Positions 54,801-64,000 of a stretch of 64,000 bases of DNA are shown here, one piece after another (the stretch's first letter is position 1; each line of letters starts with the position of its first letter). The position numbers and the translations under genes are program-made. This DNA comes from the human T2T-CHM13v2.0 reference genome, Homo sapiens. Location of the stretch: NCBI RefSeq assembly GCF_009914755.1, contig NC_060935.1, one strand, 5' to 3'. The notes below the pieces were generated by a model. It was not told the origin of the DNA. It saw nothing but the letters and a program-made list of their open reading frames with translations, and ran no database searches.

Positions 54801-57462
54801 AAAGTTTTCTTTGTTTCTATTTAAATTCTTTAGACCTCCTTCTTCATTATTGTGAGACATAATTCATTTTGTTAAGGGAACAAAGACAACCACTTCCATT
54901 CTTCATTTTTCCTGCTACTGAGACTGAGCCAGCCAAACCAATATCCTTGCCATCTCTCATAAAGAACTTATGTCTTCTCTGTGCACATACAAATATCTCT
55001 CTGCTCTTTCCAAGTCACATTTTGCTGCTCCTTCAGAAGGTAAAGAATAATTTTATGAAAAATTTTATGTCACTCTGATCTAGTAATTAGATCTGTAATT
55101 TATTACTCTCTACCATTTGGATGCTTGTGTAGGCTTCACAATCCTCAGATTGGAGCTTACTCAGAGTAGATATGTAATAAGTATTTGTTGAATGGTTTCA
55201 ACTCTACTTCACGCAAGTGCCCTGTGGATACCCAATCATGAATATTTTGAGGGTAAAACCCTAACCGTGTGGTTTGTCTCACATGCCTTAGTCCAAAACT
55301 GTATAGTTGATGTCTACCTCATTTATTTAACTCTATATTGGATTGTGACAGATATAATAATATATTGATACTATGATATATTAACCAGGGTCATGTCTAG
55401 CAAGAGAAACATATATAAAGAAATGACAATACACATTCTTATTTCATTTCAATTGAAACAGTTGCAGAAGTAACAAGTGGAATGTAATTAGTGTATATTA
55501 ACATGGAGATCTAACTTGGCCTGAAGAGCTATGAATGGTTTCCCTGATAAAGTAATCATTTAAGCTGAGATCTAAAGGATAAGTAGGAAGGAGTCAGTAA
55601 ATATTTTCACTTTACTTCAGTATTGTTCACCAAATTTCTAAATGTGATTTCAATTTACTGACATTCACATGATTATCTATTAGGTAAATCCACCTGGGGC
55701 ATCAGATGGTTTTTAAATTTAAAAATGTGACTCTAGAATGAAAACTAGAGTGCTATGCAGGAACACAATGTTTGTATTCTAAATTTCTTATTATTTCCAA
55801 AAAACTTTCATCCAAAGACTACATGTAATTATTTATTTGCCTTATTTTGTAGGCAATAGAAAAGAATTTTGGAAAAGTTAGCAACATCCATAGTAGTGTT
55901 ACATTGATGACTATGATATGCTAGTCCTGAAGTTGTTAAGCTTATAAATTTACAGTTGGTTTTCAAAGAAGTAGTTAAGCAATAAATATTTATTTTATTG
56001 CACGTTGTCTAAATATGAACATCTGCATTGTAATCAGTTACATCATATGTACTAATAGGGACTGCTGTTTATGATAGTCATTGTGAATGTCCTATGGGTA
56101 CTCTCTTGAGATTCACATAAGATAAAGAACATGAAAGAGCCATGGAAAGGATAAAGCATTAGGCAAATAACACGTTATATTTGTGACATTCTTTTCCAAT
56201 TTTCCTGTTGTTTAAATGTAAAAACATAAGAATTTTAAAGTGTTTCAAGAGAATACTTTAATGATGGATCAAAGTTAACAAGAAGAAAAGAAAGAAAGAA
56301 GATAAAAGATAAAACTCCAAAGAAGATAGCTTGAAAAAATAATTAGCAATGCACAACTTAAAGATTCTATTAAAGTTATGAGTAGCAGAGTAAAATTGAT
56401 TGGATAACTCAAAAATGTAAATGTAACTAATATCACTGAATATTTAAAAATGGTTAAAATGATACATTTTATGTTATGCATACGTTACAATATAAAAAGA
56501 TAAAATGTTAATAATATTTTATTACTGCATTAAAATGCATTAATATTTTTATCATTATGCATACTTTACCACAAAACATTTTTTAAAAGCTTAATAAACA
56601 GATTCTAGAAACATATTAGAAGTATAATAAATCATTACCAGCTACAGTTTTCCAGGAATAAAACAATGTTTTATTATTGGGTAACCTATTAACAAATTTC
56701 CCTAGGAATGACAAATCACAATAATCTCAAAAAAGTTTATAAAAATTGTTAGAATTTAACATTTATTTTGTACAAAATAGCAACAGTTAGAGATATATTA
56801 TGCTTATCGGAAAACAGCATTCTCATTAAAGCCAGAAACAAAACAAGGAAACTCTTTACTACCACCACTATATAGTATTGTCTGTGAGTTATAAGACAAT
56901 ACAATTAGATAAAGGAAAGTAAGAGGTATAAAAATTAGAAAGGATATGAAATTATTCTCTGGAGATTTTGTAATTGTTTACTGTAAAACAAAATTTTTTC
57001 AAAACTTTGTAGAGTCAAAAATATTTATAAAGGATAAAATAATTAAGCTGAAAATTAGTTTATAAAAACCAATTAGTTTAAAACAAAGAACACTACAAAA
57101 ATATCATGAAGGTAAATTCCCATTTCAAATAAATGTTAAAAGGTAGTAAATATAACAAGCACAGGAAGACTCAAAGAAAATTTTAGAGGACAAAAGGGAT
57201 ACAAAAGAAGGCGTTGAGTGCAAATAATGATTTGAAATAAGAGGTGTTAAAATATAAAGACAGCAATTCTCCCTAAATTGTTTAACATTTAACACCATGT
57301 CAACAAAAATGCTTTGAGATTTACTTAGTAGCTTGGGGGGTAGGGAAACTTTTTTTTTCTTTTTTTTCTTTTTTTTTTTGTAAAGTGAACAATCAGTAAA
57401 AACCAGGATTTTTTTTTTAATAAAAAGATACATACTGAGGAGAGAATAGCCTTATTAGATGT

Positions 57463-57501
57463 TGTATTAGTCAGGGTTCTCTAGAGGACAGAATTAATGG
57501 A

Positions 57502-57546
<45 letters not shown>

Positions 57547-58081
57547 TACATATATATATACACATTCTATTTATATATATATATTCTATTATATATATAT
57601 ACTTAATAAACTCCTATTTTTTTCTATTTCCCACAAAATTCTTTTCTATTTCCTACAAAACAAGGCAAATAAATAATTACATGTAGCCTATATATATTAT
57701 AGGAGTTTATTAAGTATTAAATCATATGATCACAGGGTCCCACGATAGGCCATCTGCAGGCTGAGGATCAAGGAGAGGCATTCCAAGTTCCAAAACTAAA
57801 GAACGGAGTCTGATGTTCAAGGGCAGGAAGCATCCAGCACAAGAGAAATGTAGGCCAGGAGGCTAGGCAGTCTCTCATTTCACACTTTTCTGCCTGCTTA
57901 TATTCTAGCCATGCTGACAGCTGATTAGATGGTGCCCACCCAGATTAAGGGTGGGTCTGCCTTTCCCAGCCCACTGACTCAAACGTCAATTTCCTTCGGC
58001 AACACCCTCACAAACACACCCAGGATCAGTAGTTTGTGTCCTTCAGTCCAATCAAGTTGACACTCAGTATTAATCATCACA
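57463..58081 (-). mobile_element. MLT2A1-like HERV-L solo LTR with expanded (TA)n and a foreign insert
   Basis: tgtattagtcagggttctctagaggacagaa...caatcaagttgacactcagtattaatcatcaca. Confidence 0.92.
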
Positions 58082-58184
58082 CATATTATATCAGAAAACT
58101 GTAATAGTTTATACTGTATGATATAAACAAACAGATCAATGGACCAGAATATAAAGTCTAGAACAGTAGTGAGTAACTAGAACA

Positions 58185-58381
58185 TTAGTAAAGTCTTAGC
58201 ACTTTAGGGATGGATAATTCTTTTTGTCAGATGCTGTCTGGTACATTGTAGGATTTAACAACATCCATGGCCTTTACCCAAAAATGACAATAACTCTCCC
58301 AAGTTGTGACAATCAAAAACATCTCCAGAGACTGCCAAATGTCCCCAAAGGCGCAAAGTTGCCATTATTTAATACCTACTG
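58185..58381. mobile_element. MER20
   Basis: ggataattctttttgtc...cattgtaggat...gttgtgacaatcaaaaacatctccagagactgccaaatgtcccc. Confidence 0.85.
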
Positions 58382-60016
58382 ATATAAAAATATATCCAAA
58401 TATAATTGGCTATTTATATACAATAAACATGACCTTCAAATTAGTAGAGAAAAAATAGATTATTTAATTTTATGGCTGGTAAAAGTGGATAGAATTCTGG
58501 AATAAATAAAAACAGATCTATACCTCACACATTAGAACAAAATAAATTCTGATAACTCACACAATGAAATGGAAATAGACATGAAATATAAACTCTAAAA
58601 GTCTTAGAAGAAAATAAACAATTTGATTATTCAAAATAATGTTTCTAAATAAGAACAAAACTCAGAAGTCATTAGAAAAGATTGATAAGTTTGATCCCTG
58701 AAAAATTTTTAAAAATCTCATTTTATCAACAAGATAAAGTCAAGAGATAAATGGGAAACTAGAAAAATAATTTCAACTTGAATCACAAGGAGTTACTTTC
58801 CTTGTTAAGAAAAGATTACAAATCAATAAAGAAAACAGGATGAACTCAAAACAAAAAGTAGTAAAGATTAGGAATGGTTGACAGAAAAATTATAGCTGTT
58901 TCTTAAGCATATGAAATAATATTTTGACATATTCATAAAAAATGCAAATTAAGATCATATTGATATATAATCTTTCTTATATCCTGTTTGCCAAGATCAC
59001 ATGTGTGATGACATGCTGCATTGGTGGGTGTATGAGGAAGTGGCTGATCTTCAAAGATGGATATGTAGTTATTAGGAAAAGAAGGAGATAAAATTATGAG
59101 CATTTCAAAACCAAGTAATTCCTGTTGATGTGTAAATTAAAACAACTACTAAGGAAGGAATTTTGAAAATATACTTCAAAATAACAACTGAAAATACCAT
59201 TTGGACATATTCTAGAACATATTCACAGTTGTGCAAAATGATATATTTAATAACGATATTTGTTATATTATTGATAATACAAAAATTCTGGAATCAGCTT
59301 GTTTATAGGCACTGGTAAAACATTACAGTACATCACTTCAAAGGAATCCTGTACATTCATGAAACCACTATAGTTGTACTGAAAAATAAAAAAATAAGGT
59401 GTAGAACAGTGTGCTTAATATGCTATACTCAATTTGTATAAAAATAAAGAACACATAAACATTTCAGATACATCTGAAAGGACATAAGAAAACAGGAGGT
59501 ATACTTACTTTTACTCATTAATGTATTATATATTTTAAATGATATATCATGTGCATTTATAAGATATTCACAATGAGTAAATACAATTTTTAAATGCATT
59601 AAGGACACAGTGACAAAGCATCCACAGTCAGCACACAGGTATATCCTATGTGACTGCCTCTGTTGACTATTGAACGGAATTACCTATCACAGAATCATAC
59701 GTTACCAATGGAGGTGTCACAATTTTAGCCTGGGTTCAGCAGTAGGAAGGGACTGGCTAGAATTAGTTTTGGCATCTTACACCTACTACTGGGCTACTTA
59801 AAGGGCAAACTAATCACAAGCATTGCAGGAGCATGAAATACATGCATTACTTAAAAAAAGATTTTGTGTTTTATTCTTGCTATTTGAAAATAAATATTGA
59901 AGCATCTATCATGGGGATAAATCAAAATATTGTAGCACTTTTTGGAACTTTTTAAAAGATAATTTTAAATTTTCTTTGAATTTTTATGGGGGTGAACCTT
60001 AAGCATTTTCTTTCTT

Positions 60017-60057
60017 TTTGTTTGTTTGTTTGTTTGTTTGTTTGCTTGTTTGTTTTG
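60017..60057. repeat. (TTTG)n microsatellite
   Basis: Read directly. Confidence 0.9.
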
Positions 60058-61227
60058 AGTGGGGAGATTTAGGACCATTATTCATCCTAAAATAAATCTG
60101 TCCTGGTGTCCAATAGATCTCATTCACTATATAACATTTTCCTACACCTTTATGTCACACTAACCATCTACTATCCACACTGCCATTTCTTGCTAGGGTT
60201 GAATGTTACGAACCTTAGCACACCTTTCTCATAATGAAAATGGCATAACCTGGGCCCGATCATTTCCACTAGGGGAAAACAGGTGTTTGCTACTCTTTAG
60301 GGCCCTGGCAGGTCACACACTAGAATGCCTCCATCTATCGGACTTCAAGGATCATCAGCCACCTCGATACCATTGCTGTGTATGTACCAGGCTGCTTCTC
60401 AGAGATGGTGATGCCCATTCGAACCCAGTATAACTTTGCTACCCTGTTTTGCATACTGTGAGCAGAGATTCTGGTTGCATTTCTTCCTTGAAGGAAGCTC
60501 TACGACTTAAGTTATTTTCCATAGTCCCTGTAAGTTTGAGTCTTAATCAAGATAATCCCCAGTAGACCAACCGTTAGACAAAGTGAATTTGAAGCAGAGA
60601 GGATAAAGAATAACTAAGGGGGTGAGAAGTTATTCGTTCATTTATTCTAAAAATATTATTACATACTAACTCCGTATCAGGCATTGTGCTAAGTGCTAGA
60701 AATACTGAGATGTGTAAGGCTGAGTTGCTGTTCTTAGATACTCAAATATTATTAGGGTAACTTTCATCAAAATTACTTTCAAAATTTCATAGAAACTGCC
60801 GGAGGCTTCATGTACTAATGCTTTCATGCATTTTAAAAAATTCATCAATAGCTACGTTGTATTAGTCTGGGTGTTGCTTTTTGATGATGCTTCTTTGATA
60901 TCTACTGTAATTAATTACCACAGGATGTAGGCTCTTTGATTTCACAATTCAGCTTAAAGAGGAAAAAGAGCTTTTTCAAAACACCTGAAAGAATTTTACC
61001 ATGGCCCTCCACTATAATCCCACTCTTGTATGCCAGTTATATGTTTTTGACTTTCAGTATATGTAGCTTCATACTGTACTATGGCTTTCTAACATTTGAC
61101 CTCGAGATCTTAAATTTGTGTCTTGTGAATGTGTCCAAAGTACTTGTCATCTGCTCTCGTGTAGCACCTGGACATAATCTTGGCACCCATCAGATCATAT
61201 TATCACTGTTTTCCCCGCAAAGACTTG

Positions 61228-61396
61228 CAGTTAAATTTGAATTTCAGTAAAACAGCCTTATTTTTAGTGTAAGAATGTCCCATGAAATCTTTGGGGCACA
61301 GAGTTATGCAATTTTCATTATGAATGTATACTTTAAAAAATTCGTTAATCTGAAATTCAAATTTAACAGCTTCCTGTATTTTATCTGAAAAATCTA
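61228..61396. mobile_element. MER53 palindromic MITE
   Basis: cagttaaatttgaatttcag...atgtcccatgaaatctttgggg...ctgaaattcaaatttaacagcttcctgtattttatctg. Confidence 0.85.
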
Positions 61397-61621
61397 CTTT
61401 AAAGATGTATCATAGCCTGAAGATTCTATAATTTTATCTTTAAATGGTATTTAAAAATAAAGGACATGATTTAGTCCATAGCAATCAGAATTTAAAAAAA
61501 TTAGTCAACCCTTTTATCAACTACTATAGTCTGGGTTATATTCTTATATCTATATCTACATACATATATATTTTATATATATATAATGTATGTATAAATG
61601 TAATCTGCTGTTAATTTTTTT

Positions 61622-63650
61622 CTGTTAGCTAAAAGTTTTTCATTTTTTTTATTATACATTAAGTTCTAGGGCATGTGCACAACATGAAGGTTTCTTACAT
61701 ATGTATACATGTGCCATGTTGATGTGCTGCACCCATTAACTCGTCATTTACATTAGGTATGTCTCCTAATGCTATCCCTCCCCACTCCCCTCACCCCATG
61801 ACAGGCCCCGGTGTGTGGTGTTCCCCACCCTGTGTCCAAGTGTTCTCATTGTTCAGTTCCCATCTATGAGTGAGAACATGCGGTGTTTGGTTTTCTGTCC
61901 TTGTGATAGTTTGCTCAGAATGATGGTTTCCAGCTTCATCCATGTCCCTACAAAGGACATGAACTCATCATTTTTTATGGCTGCACAGTATTCCATGGTG
62001 TATATGTGCCACATTTTCTTAATCCAGTCTGTCATTGATGGACATTTGGGTTGGTTCCAAGTCTTTGCTATTGTGAATAGTGCCGCAATAAACATACATG
62101 TGCCTGTGTCTTCACAGCAGCATGATTTATACCCCTTTGGGTATATACCCAGTAATGGGATGGCTGGGTCAAATGGTATTTCTAGTCCTCAAGGATCTAG
62201 TTCTAGATCCTTGAGGAATCGCCACACTGTCTTCCACAATGGTTGAACTAGTTTACAGTCCCACCAACAGTGTAAAAGTGTTTCTATTTCTCCACATCCT
62301 CTCCAGCACCTGTTGTTTCCTGACTTTTTAATGATTGCCATTCTAGCTGGTGTGAGATGGTACCTCATTGTGGCTTTGATTTACATTTCTCTGATGGCCA
62401 GTGATGATGAGCATTTTTTCATGTGTCTGTTTTGAGAAGTGTCTGCTCATATCCTTCGCCCACTTTTTGATGGGGTTGTTTGATTTTGTCTTGTAAATTT
62501 GTTTAAGTTCTTTGTAGATTCTGGATATTAGGCCTTTGTCAGATGGGTAGATTGCAAAAATTTTCTCCCATTATGTAGGTTGTCTGTTCACTCTGAATGA
62601 CTTTGATGAGTTGAGAGAAGAAGGCTTCGGAAGATTGATAATAACAAACTTCTCCGAGCTAAAGGAGGATGTTCAAACCTGTCACAAAGAAGTTAAAAAC
62701 CTTGAAAAAAGATTAGACGAATGGCTAACTAGAATAAACAGCATAGAGAAGACCTTAAATGACCTGATGGAGCTGAAAACCATGGCATGAGAACTATGTG
62801 ACGAATGCACAAGCTTCAGTAGCTGATTCGATCAACTGGAAGAAAGGGTATCAGTGATTGAAGATCAAATGAATGAAATGAAGCAAGAAGAGAAGTTTAG
62901 AGAAAAAAGAGTAAAAAGAAATGAACAAAGCCTCCAAGAAATATGGGACTATGTGAAAAGACCAAATCTACATCTTATTGGTGTACTTGAAAGTGACGGG
63001 GAGAATGGAACCAAGTTGGAAAACACTCTTCAGGATGTTATCCAGGAGAACTTCTCCAACCTAGGAAGACAAGCCAACGTTCAAATTCACTACAAAACAC
63101 GACAAGCCAGAAGAGAGAGGGGGCGAATATTCAACCTTCTTAAAGAAAAGAATTTTCAACCCAGAATTTCATATCTAGCCAAACTAAGCTTCATAAGTGA
63201 AGGAGAAATAAAATCCTTTACAGACAAGCAAATGCTGAGAGATTTTGTCACCACCAGGCCTCCCTTACAAGAGCTCCTGAAGGAAGCACTAAACATGGAA
63301 AGGAACAACCGGTACCAGCCACTGCAAAAACATGCCAAATTGTAAAGACCATCGATGCTAGGAAAAACTGTATCAACTAACGAGCAAAATAACCAGCTAA
63401 CATCATAATGACAGGATGAAATTCACACATAACAATATTAACCTTAAATGTAAATGGACTAAATGCTCCAATTAAAAGACACAGATTGGCAAATTGGATA
63501 AAGAGTCAAGACCCATCAGTATGCTGTATTCAGGTGACCCATCTCATGTGCTGAGACACACATAGGCTCAAAATAAAGGGATGGAGGAAGATCTACCAAG
63601 CAAATGGAAAACAAAACAAAAAAAAAGCAGGGTTGCAATCCTAGTCTCTG
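61622..63650 (-). mobile_element. L1PA4-6-like element, 5'-inverted with a large internal deletion
   Basis: Minus-strand 3' ~1 kb (to 62596), then plus-strand ORF1 and ORF2 start (62595-63650; ORF 62854-63345 is ORF1p). TSD tctgctgttaattttttt at 61604-61621 / 63647-63664, TT/AAAA site. Confidence 0.96.
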
Positions 63651-63754
63651 CTGTTAATTTTTTTTAACCATAAATCTGAATAGGTCTTCATTTCAATTTT
63701 TTTCTCATGAATTAATGGGTTATTGAAGTAAATGAAAGGCAACTTTAAGGATGT

Positions 63755-63990
63755 CAATTCATGTATTCATTGAGTAAATATTTATTAAGTGGCTAAAATG
63801 TGGCAGACATGTTCTAAGCAGAGATGGTGACATGATAGAAAAAAATGAAATTTCATAAAGATAAAATTGGCCGTATGTTCATAGAAATAAAATGAGATCA
63901 TTAAAATAAATAGTAAATGACTATATACTGTGAAACTGTGTGATTATAGAAATTTGTGGGACTTTGGGACAAAATCGACCTGATGCATAC
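63755..63990 (-). mobile_element. L2 3' end
   Basis: ttcatgtattcattgagtaaatatttattaagtggctaaaatgtggcagacatgttctaagc. Confidence 0.7.
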
Positions 63991-64000
63991 TTTAAGGAAG

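Larger units (their letters stand above)
56380..59590 (+). mobile_element. Highly diverged L1M/L1ME sequence, interrupted by MLT2A1 and MER20
   Basis: A-rich L1 ORF2 motifs: aaagccagaaacaaaacaaggaaactctttactaccacc, caattctccctaaatt, acagatcaatggaccagaata. Confidence 0.7.

Noticed and set aside
61228-61370. Inverted repeat gttaaatttgaatttcag / ctgaaattcaaatttaac
   Set aside because: This is the intrinsic palindrome of the MER53 MITE, not a locus-specific event.

Overview
AT-rich, CpG-depleted primate (very probably human) non-coding DNA, either intergenic or deep intron, and dominated by transposable elements. It holds many L1s (L1PA, L1PB, L1MA, L1MB, L1ME), 2 AluS, 2 FLAM, MaLR/ERVL LTRs (THE1B, MLT1, MLT2A1, MER54A), DNA transposons (Tigger1, Tigger2a, HSMAR1, MER5, MER20, MER53), L2/MIR relics and microsatellites. 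I found no convincing host protein-coding exon, RNA gene, CpG island or CRISPR. The longer ORFs are L1 or Tigger remnants, antisense L1 frames or microsatellite translations, so I cannot support a new gene-encoded system here. What repeat annotation does not explain is a recurring set of local inverted or templated copies: (1) a 99-bp, 96%-identical inverted repeat built from ancient L2 tail sequence (36819-37276); (2) a compound templated insertion in the (TA)n tract of an MLT2A1 LTR, which copies 56 bp from 1.8 kb away in inverted orientation (57599-57717, donor 55816-55871); (3) a fold-back hairpin in an L1MA 3' end (20085-20210); (4) a perfect 15-bp fold-back in an L1PA (62186-62217). There are also four or five 5'-inverted (twin-primed) L1s and an old L1 with a ~137-bp monomer array in its 5' UTR. 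Subfamily names come from recalled consensus sequences and boundaries of old repeats are approximate; no database search was run.
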